From NCBI GenBank assembly GCA_963716175.1, contig OY970296.1, positions 640,001-704,000 on the forward strand: DNA of 64,000 bases, read 5' to 3'. This DNA comes from an uncultured Armatimonadetes bacterium. Its GTDB lineage: Bacteria > Armatimonadota > Hebobacteria > Hebobacterales > Hebobacteraceae. The notes under the pieces are model-generated. The model saw only the letters and a program-made list of their open reading frames with translations, did not search any database and had not been told where the DNA came from. A program made the translations under genes and the position numbers. Shown here piece by piece: positions 38,281 through 48,437 of the stretch. The stretch's first letter is position 1. Each line of letters begins with the position of its first letter.

Positions 38281-38381
38281 AGCTCCACCGCCTCTGGCTT
38301 GCGCGCCACCACGATCATGCGGCGCAAGGGTGCGCCTTGACCTTCGTGAGGCAGGCCTTGCTTCAGGCGTGCGATAACTAC

Positions 38382-38407
38382 GGGCGACAGCAGAGGGCCG
38401 CCCCTAC
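38382..38407 (-). repeat. GTAG-type REP
   Basis: Reverse complement GTAGGGGCGGCCCTCTGCTGTCGCCC. Confidence 0.6.
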
Positions 38408-38479
38408 GAACCGAACGCTGGACAGTCACAGGTGGTGCTGGCTTGCGCACACTGCGACCGTATCGGGGTGGGCCTCGCC

Positions 38480-40432
38480 TCAAGCGGAGCGGAACTCCGC
38501 CGGCATCTTCTCGTGCAGGCAGAGCCACTCCGGCCTGCCCGCGGCGGCGTACACCTCCCGGGCGGCGGCGAGGTCGAACTGTTTCCCCGGCGCGAGCAGA
38601 CAAAGCCGGCCCGGCGCAATCAGGGACACCGCCGCCAGCAGGTCACCGATGTTGCGAAGGGCCGGGATCAACAGGTGATCGCCGAAGTCCTGGTCGCCGG
38701 CGAGCCGGCAGGCGGCCATGTCCACTATCGTCCGGTGCACAAACGAGGCCTGCGTCCGCGCCAGCAGACACCACGCGCCAGCACACCCCAGACCGATCAG
38801 ATCAACCCTATTCACCGTGCGCAGAGAGCGCAGGTATCCCAGCCCGGTCAGAATATCCTGGATGCGGTTCGCGTCATCCGAGCGGTTATAGGTCAGATAG
38901 TGATGTATCTCGGCCGCCTGCTGTGCTCGCCGGAGCGGAATCCGAGCCTCGCCTATCCCCCAGGGGTCAATGAGCAACAGCGTCTGCCCCTTTCCCAGGA
39001 GCTTAGCCACCAGGGGGTGTAGGGTCTTGCCCGGGTGGAACAGGGCCTCCTTCCCCCGGTGCGAGACTATCAGCGTCGCCGCCGGCTTCCGGTCCCTCGC
39101 CGGTCTGAGCAGATAGGCTGGCACCCGGTCACCCACCGCAGGGCGGGTCAGGATGAGTCGCTGCCCGCTCACCCCTGCTGCCCTGGCGGCGCCCAGCCGG
39201 ACTGCGCGCACCTCCCTCGGCTCCGGCGCCCGCGCCATCAGCAGATGGCTCATCGCGGGCCCGACTTCCGCTCGGAACCTGGCCAGACCGCTCTTGTCCG
39301 CGGGCCGCCGCGCGCGCAACTGGCGACGCCGCTGCCGGATCAGGCGGTCGAAGAGCCGCTCGCCCGCGGGAGCATAGCTGGGGCGCTTCCGATCTGCGAA
39401 CACCAGATACTGCTGCGCGCTGTCCATCCGATAGGGTCGTTCTCGCACCGCCTCCGGGTCCTCGCAGCCCAACAGCCACTTCCCGAAGAAGGCATAGACC
39501 GCGTTGCGGCTGTCCAGGTTGTAGTTGTGATCGGCGTCGAAGATCACCGACTCGACGCGGTCCTCGGCGCGGTAGAGTCGGTAGATGCTCTTGAGAAACG
39601 GATAGACGCTCTCCGGAGCGCGCTTCGTCCAGTCCCGCGTGCACGACACCAGCAGCAGCGGCCGGGGCGCCATCAGGGCCGAGAGCTCGGGATTGGCGGT
39701 ATCCACACGCAGAGAGGGCGCGTTCTCGCAGACACAACCTCCCTGGTACTCGCTCGACACCATCACCACCGGCGCCGCCACCTTGATCCGCTCGTCCGCC
39801 GCCATCAGCATGTAGGTCTGCGTCCCTCCTCCTGACTCCCCGGTGCAGCCGATGCGCTCGGGGTCCACCATGGGCAGGGATTGCAGGAAGTCAATGGAGC
39901 GGATGCTGTTGTAGAGCTGCAGCGCCATCTGGCTGAACCCCCAGAGCCGCTGGCGATCGCTCTCCTGCCGGTGCACCACCTGGCTGGAGTCGTGATAGCC
40001 GATCATGTCATGGCAGAACGCCACATAGCCCTGCCGCGCGAAGCTGATGCCGCGGCCCAGCACCGTTCCGAGCTCATTGTTCGCCAGGCGCCCCTCCTCC
40101 CAGTGCCCGTGGGGATTGAGCACCGCGGGGAAGGGGCCGCGCTTGCCGCGGGGCACGAACAGGTTGCCTGTCACCAGGAACGCCCGGTAGCTCTGAAAGT
40201 AGACCTTGGACACCGAGTAGTCCTCATGGTGGGTGGTGCCAAACACCTGGGCTCGCAGCGGCGGGCGATCGGGCGGGGGCAGCAGCCCGGTCACCGCCAG
40301 GATATGGGTGCGCAGTTCCTGGGCGCGGGCCTCCCAGGCGCGGCGGGTGGCGTAATGCGGCAGCTCATAGGTGGCGTCTACGCGGCGCAGGTCCACGGCG
40401 CGCCGGTCGGTTCTGGGAACGGGTATGGCCAC
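38480..40432 (-). CDS. Two-domain alpha/beta hydrolase (acetyl xylan esterase-like)
   Basis: PAVLNPHGH, TGESGGGTQT, GGCVCEN, APRPLL, HNY; degenerate second hydrolase domain. Confidence 0.82.
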   Translation of the reverse strand: MAIPVPRTDRRAVDLRRVDATYELPHYATRRAWEARAQELRTHILAVTGLLPPPDRPPLRAQVFGTTHHEDYSVSKVYFQSYRAFLVTGNLFVPRGKRGPFPAVLNPHGHWEEGRLANNELGTVLGRGISFARQGYVAFCHDMIGYHDSSQVVHRQESDRQRLWGFSQMALQLYNSIRSIDFLQSLPMVDPERIGCTGESGGGTQTYMLMAADERIKVAAPVVMVSSEYQGGCVCENAPSLRVDTANPELSALMAPRPLLLVSCTRDWTKRAPESVYPFLKSIYRLYRAEDRVESVIFDADHNYNLDSRNAVYAFFGKWLLGCEDPEAVRERPYRMDSAQQYLVFADRKRPSYAPAGERLFDRLIRQRRRQLRARRPADKSGLARFRAEVGPAMSHLLMARAPEPREVRAVRLGAARAAGVSGQRLILTRPAVGDRVPAYLLRPARDRKPAATLIVSHRGKEALFHPGKTLHPLVAKLLGKGQTLLLIDPWGIGEARIPLRRAQQAAEIHHYLTYNRSDDANRIQDILTGLGYLRSLRTVNRVDLIGLGCAGAWCLLARTQASFVHRTIVDMAACRLAGDQDFGDHLLIPALRNIGDLLAAVSLIAPGRLCLLAPGKQFDLAAAREVYAAAGRPEWLCLHEKMPAEFRSA

Positions 40433-40665
40433 GGTCTCTCCTCCTGGTCGGCGAAGCGGACTTAGGCTAGGCAGACGGTAGAGTCTCGCCCCGGTGCAGC
40501 TCCTCGCGGTGCGACCAGAGATTCCGGCAGAGCGATGCTGTTTCCTCTCCGGGCCCCCGAGGCAGTCCTCTCGCTACCTCAAAGGAGAAAGCGGCCGGCC
40601 GCGGAAGTTACCTGCGAGATCGCGGTGAAAGCCGCGCCATTCTGCTCTCTGGAGGCCGAGAGACG

Positions 40666-41463
40666 ATGACCGCGCAGTCGCACGCCATCCTGGCTCTTTG
40701 CGCTCATCCTGACGATGCTGAGTTCCGCTGTAGCGGTACGCTCCTGCTGCTGGCGAAGCGCGGGTGGAAGGTGCATATCGCCGCCGCCGGCGCGGGAGAC
40801 TGCGGCACCGCCGAGGAGTCACCGAACGCCATCTCGCGCCGCCGTCGGCAAGAGGGGCAAGACGCGGCCGCGCGATTGGGCGGGGAGTTTCACTGCCTGG
40901 AGGGCAATGATCTTCAGATCTTCGACAACAGCGAGCTGCGCGCGGCAGCGGTGGCGCTCATGCGGAGACTGGACCCGGACTGCGTGATCACGCACTACCC
41001 GGTGGACTACATGCCCGATCACGACGCGGCCAGCGCCCTCTCCCGGGCCGTGGTCTTCTGTGCCGCCATGCCCAACTACACCGTGGGCCCTGCCGTCTCC
41101 CTGCCTCCGACCACCAAGGGCGTGGTGCCGCTTTACTACTTCAACGGTCCGCTCGGCGGCCTGGATTGGCTGGGCAATCCGACCCCCCCGGCCCACTTCT
41201 ACGTGAACATCAGCTCAGTGGAGGAGGAGAAGGCTGAGCTGCTCGCCTGCCATGTCTCGCAGCGGGAATGGCTGCGCCGCCACCACGGCATGGACCAGTA
41301 CCTCAACCAGATGAGGCAATGGGACCAGGAGGCCGGGGCGCAGGCGGGTGTGCCCTTCGCCGAGGGGTTCTTCTGCCACCGCGGTCACGGCTTCGCCCAG
41401 ACCCCTCTGATCCAGGAGGCCCTGGCGCAGTTCGTGCTCCAGCCCGATCAACGAGGCAGCTAG
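40666..41463 (+). CDS. PIG-L/LmbE-family deacetylase
   Basis: AHPDDAE, R..E, DYMPDH, CHVSQ. Confidence 0.9.
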   Translation: MTAQSHAILALCAHPDDAEFRCSGTLLLLAKRGWKVHIAAAGAGDCGTAEESPNAISRRRRQEGQDAAARLGGEFHCLEGNDLQIFDNSELRAAAVALMRRLDPDCVITHYPVDYMPDHDAASALSRAVVFCAAMPNYTVGPAVSLPPTTKGVVPLYYFNGPLGGLDWLGNPTPPAHFYVNISSVEEEKAELLACHVSQREWLRRHHGMDQYLNQMRQWDQEAGAQAGVPFAEGFFCHRGHGFAQTPLIQEALAQFVLQPDQRGS

Positions 41464-41536
41464 TCGGATTGCCGTTGAGGGGTTTCCTACGTCAGGTACC
41501 ACTGATGTGAGGTGCTCTTTGGCCAGAGAGGCCGGC

Positions 41537-42277
41537 ATGATCCTAGACACCCACGTACATATCGGCAGAGGCGAGCGGCTCGACGACACCTACCAGATAG
41601 ACTGCACCAGGGAGATGATACTGTCGGCCATGGACGAGGCCGGGGTGGACAAAAGCTGCATCATGCCTGTCACCTACGGGGATTACGAGCTGGCGCTCGA
41701 GGAGGTGCGGGAGGCGGTGGCGGCGCATCCCGACCGGCTCATCGGCTATGCCCGGGTGAACCTCCACCACGAGGAGCGCGCGTTCCAGCAGTTGCGCCGC
41801 GGCTTCGACGAATACGGCTTCCGCGGCGTGAAGCTGCACCACGGGCAGGGGGACGGCTTCCCCACGCGCAGATTCATGGACCTGATGAGCGAGTATGGCC
41901 GGCCCGTGCTGCTGCACACCAAGGCCGACATCGAGACCATTGACGCCATCTCGCACCTCGCCCGCGCCTATCCCAGGGTGCCGGTGATCTGCGGCCACAT
42001 GGGTGGCTTCTCCACCTTCTGGCCTGGCTATGTCAAGCTGTGCGCGGTGGAGGCAAAGCAAGTCCCCAACCTCTACCTCGACACCGCCTTCGTCTTCCTG
42101 CATCACTGGATCCGGATGGCAGTGGAGATCTGCGGACCAGAGAAAGTGCTCTTCGCCAGCGATGGCCCGGTGGCCCATCCCGCCATCGCCCTGAAGCAGA
42201 TCGAGCTCTGCCATTTCAGCGCTTCCGAGCAGGCCCTGATCCTCGGCGACAACGCGGAGAAGCTGCTGCAGTTGTAG
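41537..42277 (+). CDS. Amidohydrolase_2-family metal hydrolase
   Basis: DTHVH, GVKLH, LLH, GHMGG, LFASD. Confidence 0.87.
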   Translation: MILDTHVHIGRGERLDDTYQIDCTREMILSAMDEAGVDKSCIMPVTYGDYELALEEVREAVAAHPDRLIGYARVNLHHEERAFQQLRRGFDEYGFRGVKLHHGQGDGFPTRRFMDLMSEYGRPVLLHTKADIETIDAISHLARAYPRVPVICGHMGGFSTFWPGYVKLCAVEAKQVPNLYLDTAFVFLHHWIRMAVEICGPEKVLFASDGPVAHPAIALKQIELCHFSASEQALILGDNAEKLLQL

Positions 42278-42335
42278 GCGCGCGGAAGACGGAAACGCTC
42301 CCGCGAGCGGGTGCTTCATACACGAGGTAACGGAC

Positions 42336-42701
42336 ATGGGTGAGGAACTAGACTTCGCGTCGGTCTTTGCTGGCTTCCCCGAGATCCGCTTCCCCTACGA
42401 CAAGTCACTCCCGGTGCGAGGCTGGCTGGTGCAAGGCCCACGGCAGCAGATCGCCTTCTGGCATTCAGAGGTGTCCTACGAGAGCGCGGAGCACAGCCAC
42501 CCCTACGCGGAGTGGGGCATCGTCATCAGCGGCTGGTGCGACATCATCACCCCAGAGAGCAGGCGGCGCTATCAGGCCGGTGACGTCTTCTACCTCAGGC
42601 CCAGTGTGCCCCACGCCTCCGTGACCTCCGACGACTATCGCTCCATGGACGTCTTCTTCTCCCCCACCCATCTCCAGGCCGAACCCAGCGAGGATGTCTG
42701 A
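42336..42701 (+). CDS. Cupin-domain protein
   Basis: HSH..AEWGIVISG ... GDVFY..PSVPH. Confidence 0.83.
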   Translation: MGEELDFASVFAGFPEIRFPYDKSLPVRGWLVQGPRQQIAFWHSEVSYESAEHSHPYAEWGIVISGWCDIITPESRRRYQAGDVFYLRPSVPHASVTSDDYRSMDVFFSPTHLQAEPSEDV

Positions 42702-43936
42702 TGGCGGCCTCGGCGTGGTCTCGGACCGATGCCTTCTTCGCTGAGGCCGTGAAGCAGACCGGACTGCGCGCACTCGACTGGGTGCTTCGCTTTGCCCAGG
42801 ACGCCGACCCGGACTCGCCGGAGTACGGCGGCATCCGGAACGTCTACCTCCCCATGCGCCGGCAGTTCCGCCGCGGCGGCCACGGGCTCTGCCTCACCTG
42901 GTCGGCCTGCCTGGCGGGGTTCGCCGGCCTGGCTGCCTACGAGCTCACCGGTGACGAGTTCTACCTGGACCGTGTGCGGCTGATCGCGCGCTATGTCAAG
43001 AGCAACCAGAACCTCGACCAAGCGGACCCGTTGCGTTGCGGGACATTTGTGGTCAGCCGCGACCGCCGGTTCGTGGATGTGCCGGATGCCTCCTGGGCGG
43101 GCAATCTGTTCGTGCACCTCTACCGTCGGACCCAGGAGCAGGAGTACCTGGATCGCGCCAAGCTGGCGGGAGACTGGCTGGTGCAGCAGGCCCGCATGCC
43201 CCATGGCGGCTTCACCACATTCTATCTCCTCGATGAGCACCAGCCCGTCGCCTACAGCCATGGCAGCGATGGACAGCACGGCCTCTTCCTGGCGAACCTG
43301 TACGCGGAGACCGGGGAGGAGAAGTACGCGACGCCCCTGGTGCCCCTCGCCGACATGCTGAGCGGCGCAGGACAGCATCCGAGCGGGGCCTACTACGCCA
43401 GCCTCCGCGCCGATGGCACGCCCGTCTTCGAGGGCTGGGACGAGGAGGCGGGCCACCCGCTGATAGATGGCCTCGAGCGAGTCGTCACCGGGCCGCGGCA
43501 GAACTACTACGCCGCGCTTTTCCTGCTCGAGCAGTACCAGCGCGATAGCAACCCGCGCTATCTGGAGAGCGCGCGCCGCTGCGCCGAATGGTCCATTTAC
43601 CTGCTCCACCGCGACGGCTACTTCTCCGATTGGCTCACCTTCACCGGGGGAGACTGGGTTCCCGATGGCACTGTGGATGTCGCCTCCCCTGGCGCCATGA
43701 CCCGGGTATGGCTGGCGCTGCACCGGGTGGATCGGGATGAGCGCTGGTTGGATGCGTGCCGTGAAGCCGCCGAGTGGAGCATGCGCTGGCAGCGCTGGAC
43801 GCCGCAGTACCCGGACCTGGACGGTGCCATCATCGCCCAGCCCCTGGTGGTGGCCTACTTCGTCTCGTTCGCAGCCTGGGGGCTGCTCGACCTGGCGGCA
43901 GTCTTGGCCGGGCCATGTCACGGGAAGGGGAAGTAG
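42701..43936 (+). CDS. Putative (alpha/alpha)6-barrel protein (six-hairpin glycosidase/epimerase-like)
   Basis: Repeated LY..T.E..YLD.A..A.W helical hairpins; 1-nt overlap with the cupin gene. Confidence 0.65.
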   Translation: MAASAWSRTDAFFAEAVKQTGLRALDWVLRFAQDADPDSPEYGGIRNVYLPMRRQFRRGGHGLCLTWSACLAGFAGLAAYELTGDEFYLDRVRLIARYVKSNQNLDQADPLRCGTFVVSRDRRFVDVPDASWAGNLFVHLYRRTQEQEYLDRAKLAGDWLVQQARMPHGGFTTFYLLDEHQPVAYSHGSDGQHGLFLANLYAETGEEKYATPLVPLADMLSGAGQHPSGAYYASLRADGTPVFEGWDEEAGHPLIDGLERVVTGPRQNYYAALFLLEQYQRDSNPRYLESARRCAEWSIYLLHRDGYFSDWLTFTGGDWVPDGTVDVASPGAMTRVWLALHRVDRDERWLDACREAAEWSMRWQRWTPQYPDLDGAIIAQPLVVAYFVSFAAWGLLDLAAVLAGPCHGKGK

Positions 43937-43941
43937 CAGAG

Positions 43942-45717
43942 ATGAGCGACTCCGTCGAGGTGTGGGCTACGAATGATGGGGTCCGGGTCAACCCGGAGAC
44001 CGGATGCTACTTCGAGGATCGGCGGGACATCCTCCCCGACTACCCGACTGGGCGCTATCAGCAGCTCAACCTGATCTGGGAGGGCGGCCGCGTCCGGCTG
44101 CAGGCGGCGCGCAATGAGTTCGTCTCGTTCCAGGTGGTCGTGGGCGCACGGGAGCCCGTGCGCGACCTCCGCGTTGCGCTCGGCCCGCTCCTCGGCCCCG
44201 GCGGTGCGACCCTCGGCGGGCGCAGTGTGGCCCTCTTCCGCGCCTGGTATGTGGAGGCGAAGAAGCCGTCCCATGGCTACACCAAATCCTCCCTCGGCGC
44301 GGGCTGGTATCCGGACGCGCTGATCCCGGCACCAGAGGGTGAGCCGGTCGTCTTCGACCTGCCCGAGAGCGAGAACGGCATCCCCGGCCAGTGCAATCAG
44401 ACGGTGTGGGTGGACATCTACGTGCCGCGCGAAGCCGCGGCGGGCGACTACCGCGGCGAGCTCACCGTTTCCTGGCCTGGGGGCCGGCGCGAGGTCCCGG
44501 TCGAGCTGATGGTGTGGGGCTTCGCTCTGCCTGACGAGATCCACTGCCGCGGCGATATCTACAACAACTCCCTCACCCGCATGGCGCCGGAGCTGGAGTT
44601 GCGCTACTACCAGTTAGCCAGGCAGCACGGCTTTCAGCCCGGCGTGGTCTACTACCGGCCCGGGCTGAGCATCGTCGGTACCCAGGTCCGCCTCGACTGG
44701 AGCGGCTACGACGCTCGACTGCGCCGCTACCTGGACGGCTCGGCCTTCACCGAGGCGCAGGGGTACTGGGGCCCCGGCGTCGGGCTCCCCATAGACCATC
44801 TCATCCTCCCCTTCGATTGCGAACGAGGTGACAACCGCCGGCGCGCCTGGCCCGCAGCGCGGCCCGAGGCCGGCCCGACGCCGGAGTTCGAGCACATCTG
44901 GATCGAGACGGCACGGCAGTGCCGCGCCCATTTCGAGACGGACCTCCACTGGCGCCGCGTGGGCAAGATCGTCTTCCTCGATGGGCTGGACGAATCATAC
45001 CACCAGGCGGCCTACGACCAGATGATCTACTACTGCAAGCTGCTCCGCCAGGGAATGGGCGAGCGGTGGTTCCTCAACCGCATTGACGGCGGCTATTCCC
45101 GGGAGGCGATGACGCAGCTCAACCCCTACGTGGACCTCTGGGTCTGCCACACCGCGGACTACGATTCCGAGACCGTGAGCTACTTCCGTCCGCGCGGTAC
45201 CGAGGCCTGGTTCTACGGCCCCATGGTGTATGAGGAGCAAGCCAACTCCGGGTGCGGCTCAAACACCTTCCTGGACCTGGACCTCTTCACCTGTCGCGGG
45301 GTGGGCTGGGCCGCCTGGAAGCACCGGTGCGGCTACTGCGAGTGGGAGTTCGACTGGAACGCCGACACCGCTTGGCGCGAGGCCGGGAACTACAAGCGTG
45401 AGGGAACGCCCGTGTCCTACAACGGCTCCGGCCTGCTCATCTACCGCGGCGATGTCGTCGGTCGCTCCGAGCCGATCCCGAGCATCCGCCTCAAGGCTCA
45501 CCGGCGGGGCTTCCAGGACTATCAGTACTTCTGGCTGCTGCGCCAGGCCGGCCTCGGGGCCGAGGCCGACGCGCTGGTGGATTCCGTGATCCAGACCCCG
45601 CCCTTTGGGCCGACCTCCGTCGGGAACCGCCGGATCTGGCGGAACGATCCGGAGGCCTGGGAGCGGGCGCGGCTGCGCGCAGGTGGACTGCTGAGCGGCG
45701 GACCAGGCAGCGGCTGA
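43942..45717 (+). CDS. DUF4091 / GH123-like protein
   Basis: LQAARNEFVSFQVVV, WYPDALIP, VWVDIYVP, LDE, NGSGLLIYRG, PSIRLK..RRGFQDYQY. Confidence 0.75.
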   Translation: MSDSVEVWATNDGVRVNPETGCYFEDRRDILPDYPTGRYQQLNLIWEGGRVRLQAARNEFVSFQVVVGAREPVRDLRVALGPLLGPGGATLGGRSVALFRAWYVEAKKPSHGYTKSSLGAGWYPDALIPAPEGEPVVFDLPESENGIPGQCNQTVWVDIYVPREAAAGDYRGELTVSWPGGRREVPVELMVWGFALPDEIHCRGDIYNNSLTRMAPELELRYYQLARQHGFQPGVVYYRPGLSIVGTQVRLDWSGYDARLRRYLDGSAFTEAQGYWGPGVGLPIDHLILPFDCERGDNRRRAWPAARPEAGPTPEFEHIWIETARQCRAHFETDLHWRRVGKIVFLDGLDESYHQAAYDQMIYYCKLLRQGMGERWFLNRIDGGYSREAMTQLNPYVDLWVCHTADYDSETVSYFRPRGTEAWFYGPMVYEEQANSGCGSNTFLDLDLFTCRGVGWAAWKHRCGYCEWEFDWNADTAWREAGNYKREGTPVSYNGSGLLIYRGDVVGRSEPIPSIRLKAHRRGFQDYQYFWLLRQAGLGAEADALVDSVIQTPPFGPTSVGNRRIWRNDPEAWERARLRAGGLLSGGPGSG

Positions 45718-45771
45718 GCGGCGAACGCCCAGGGTCTGACACAGCCCCATGCCAGGTGTTGCCAGAGATCC

Positions 45772-46818
45772 CTACAGATACTGGTCGAAGAAATCCTTGG
45801 CGCTTGGCCCGTGGAACTGGTGGCCGCCTGGGAAGAGGTCTATGTGCAGCTTCCCCTCTGCCCCTGCTGCGCGGTAGATGCGCCGCAGGTGCTCGTGCGC
45901 CCTCAGCACCGGCTCCACCCAGAAACAGGAGTCCCAGATGCCGCTCTCGATCAGCAGCGGCCGGGGAGCCATCAAGCCGGCAACATCGGCGACATCGCCC
46001 CAGCGATAGAGGTGCGGAAGGAACTGTGAGCCACAGAAGTTGGCCTCGCGAACCGCGAAGTGCTCGAACTGGGTAAGGTAGCAGATGATGTCGGCCGCCT
46101 TCACCCGCTGGTCGAGCGCGGACAGAAAGGTGGTTCGGGTGCCACCCCAGGACAGCCCCATGGCGCCGATGCGCGCGGCGTCCACATCCCGCCGCTCCTG
46201 GAGATAGTCAATCGTCTTCATCATGTCCCAGATGTTGAGGGTCAGCAGCGAGAGGCCGAGCAGCAGGCCGCGGATGAAGTGCACGTTGCAGGGGTCTCGA
46301 CCGGGATAGGCATCGCGGTCGGCCCCCAGCTCGCCGAAGCCGCGCGAATCCGGCGTGATCGTGAGGTAGCCCTCGCGCGCCATCTGCACCGCGTAGTCGT
46401 AGTTGTGGGTGGCGATGTCGCTCTGGATCCCCGGCCTGCCGCCATCCTTGACGCCTGCTACCGCCTCCTTGCCAAACCGGCCGTGGCCATGCAGGCAGAC
46501 GATGGCAGGAAGTCGGCCGTGGCGTGCCCGGCGCTGGTCCTTGGGGATCAGCACATAGGCTGGCACGCTGTAATGGCGTTCGGTGTCGAACACGACCTTC
46601 TCTCGCACAAAATCGCCCTCGTCCACGCGATAGGTAACATCGGGCGCCAGCGGCACCGGTTCCGGCCACTCTCCGCAGAGCTCCATTAGCTTGGCGGCGA
46701 ACTGCTCCCGCCAGTGTAGCCAGTCGTCCTTGCTGGCACCCGCGAAGGTGAGAATGGGCTTGCGCTCCTCGGCCAGCGCGTTGAAGTAACCCATGAGCGA
46801 GTAGTTGCGGTTGGCCAT
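45772..46818 (-). CDS. Alpha/beta hydrolase (Abhydrolase_7 / dienelactone hydrolase-like)
   Basis: PAIVCLHGHG, PDSRGFGE, MGLSWGG, APRPLL, GGH; RBS AGGAG. Confidence 0.85.
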   Translation of the reverse strand: MANRNYSLMGYFNALAEERKPILTFAGASKDDWLHWREQFAAKLMELCGEWPEPVPLAPDVTYRVDEGDFVREKVVFDTERHYSVPAYVLIPKDQRRARHGRLPAIVCLHGHGRFGKEAVAGVKDGGRPGIQSDIATHNYDYAVQMAREGYLTITPDSRGFGELGADRDAYPGRDPCNVHFIRGLLLGLSLLTLNIWDMMKTIDYLQERRDVDAARIGAMGLSWGGTRTTFLSALDQRVKAADIICYLTQFEHFAVREANFCGSQFLPHLYRWGDVADVAGLMAPRPLLIESGIWDSCFWVEPVLRAHEHLRRIYRAAGAEGKLHIDLFPGGHQFHGPSAKDFFDQYL

Positions 46819-47036
46819 GCCATGGCTCCTTTCGCCAACGGTGGAGTACAGCGCCCAGCACGCGATTCCTCCCGGCCGCCACCCGTCCTTTACAGGACAG
46901 CCAACCTGGATTAAGCACCCCCGCTTTTGGCGTCTCCTGTGGAACAATAGCACTAGCTAAGCCATCGGACAGTGCGACGCTGGCGCTTCCCTCGGCCGAG
47001 AGGGAAGTGTCCGCCTAGCTGCTGGGAGGCAGCGAG

Positions 47037-47534
47037 GTGTCAGAGCAAATGCCAACAACGGACAGTCGTTCGCCGGAACGCCAGCAGGCCCAGGAGGAAG
47101 CAGGGGTCAAGCACCCGGCCCTCCCAAGCATAGACGGCATCTCAGGCCTGCTCATCCCGGGCAGGCAGCGTCCCGGGCAACCCGGAGAGGCCAGCGAGGC
47201 GATGCAGAGGATCGCTGCCCTGGCCGACGCGGTGGCTGCGCTGGAGGTGAAGGCCCGGGCCGAGGCAGACCAGCTCAAGGCCGAGGTTGCCGACCTGCGC
47301 TACCGACTGGCCTGGCGCACGGGTGCCCTGGAGATCCTGCTGATTGGCGTGGCCGCAATCGCGGCGGTGATCTGGCTGACACATTGGTGGCCGCGCTCGA
47401 GTTCGCGGTCCGTCTCATCCCCCCAGGACCATAGCGGTCCGGCCGTCCTGGCTCGATGGCTGCGCCCCCTGCCAGCTCCGCCTGGGCAGTCTCGGCTGGC
47501 CCGCAGGCAGCAGGCGGTCGCATTGCCTGCGTAG
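47037..47534 (+). CDS. Hypothetical protein (coiled coil plus one TM)
   Basis: GGAGG RBS, heptad-like segment, hydrophobic ILLIGVAAIAAVIWL. Confidence 0.5.
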   Translation: MSEQMPTTDSRSPERQQAQEEAGVKHPALPSIDGISGLLIPGRQRPGQPGEASEAMQRIAALADAVAALEVKARAEADQLKAEVADLRYRLAWRTGALEILLIGVAAIAAVIWLTHWWPRSSSRSVSSPQDHSGPAVLARWLRPLPAPPGQSRLARRQQAVALPA

Positions 47535-47619
47535 AAGCATCGGCCCCGAGTAGAGATACCGCGCTGACACCCGGCCATATCCTGTAACGCCCGGGCGAGG
47601 GCGAGAGGAGGGCGGCATA

Positions 47620-47835
47620 ATGCTGTCCGAACGCAGGCGGAAGCGGGTATGTCCCAGCTGCGGCGAGAGTAAGATGGTGCGGGGGCAGAGGGTAGAGGGC
47701 GTGGCCGTCTGTCTGGCTCCCAGGACTGAAGAGGCTCCTGCTGTGACCGTTCCGGCCTATTGCGACGTCTGCTACGGCTGCGGGATGGTGACCCTGTTCG
47801 TCAGAGTCGGGGAGGCGGCAGCAGGCCGGACATGA
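47620..47835 (+). CDS. Small zinc-ribbon-like protein
   Basis: AGGAGG RBS; CPSCG ... CDVCYGCG. Confidence 0.65.
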   Translation: MLSERRRKRVCPSCGESKMVRGQRVEGVAVCLAPRTEEAPAVTVPAYCDVCYGCGMVTLFVRVGEAAAGRT

Positions 47836-47935
47836 TCCTGGGGCGCGCTTCGCCCACCGGGGCGCGGACTACCTGAGGGGGGGCTGGGGCCGAGAGGGTG
47901 GCAGAGCAGTCATCAGCAGGATCTGGCCGAGGCGC

Positions 47936-48334
47936 TCACCCATCCTCGGCCGAGGATCCATCGCGTCCAGCCAGTAGCCGTGCGAACCGCTCCCTGGCCG
48001 CGGGCATAGTGGCACTGATCTTGTCAGGGGTCAGTGGCTTCACCACATAGCCCATCGCCCCGGCGCGGTCGGCCTCGCCGTTCATGCTCGGGTTCCCGGT
48101 GACGATGACGACACAGGTGGGACACGCGCTCATGATGCGGGTGGTTGCCTCCAGGCCGTCCATATCGGGCATCTTGATGTCCATCAGGACCAGGTCGGGG
48201 CTGTGCTGGAGGCAGAGGTCCAGGGCCTGGGTGCCGGCGACGGCCACCACCTCGTAGCCCTGTTTCTCCATCTCTCCACGCATCTGTGCTGCAATCAGCC
48301 ACTCGTCGTCGGCGATCACCACACGGACGGCCAT
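47936..48334 (-). CDS. Response regulator (receiver only; AmiR/NasT-like receiver)
   Basis: IADDE, LMDIKMPDMDG, VTG, YVVKP. Confidence 0.88.
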   Translation of the reverse strand: MAVRVVIADDEWLIAAQMRGEMEKQGYEVVAVAGTQALDLCLQHSPDLVLMDIKMPDMDGLEATTRIMSACPTCVVIVTGNPSMNGEADRAGAMGYVVKPLTPDKISATMPAARERFARLLAGRDGSSAEDG

Positions 48335-48437
48335 ATTCACTCCTTCGTCAGGCTGCGACCTGGCCCCACACATGTATTTTTCCACGGATGCAACGCCACA
48401 TTGTCACGCTATCCAGCCATTTCCGCTGGCGGTTGTT

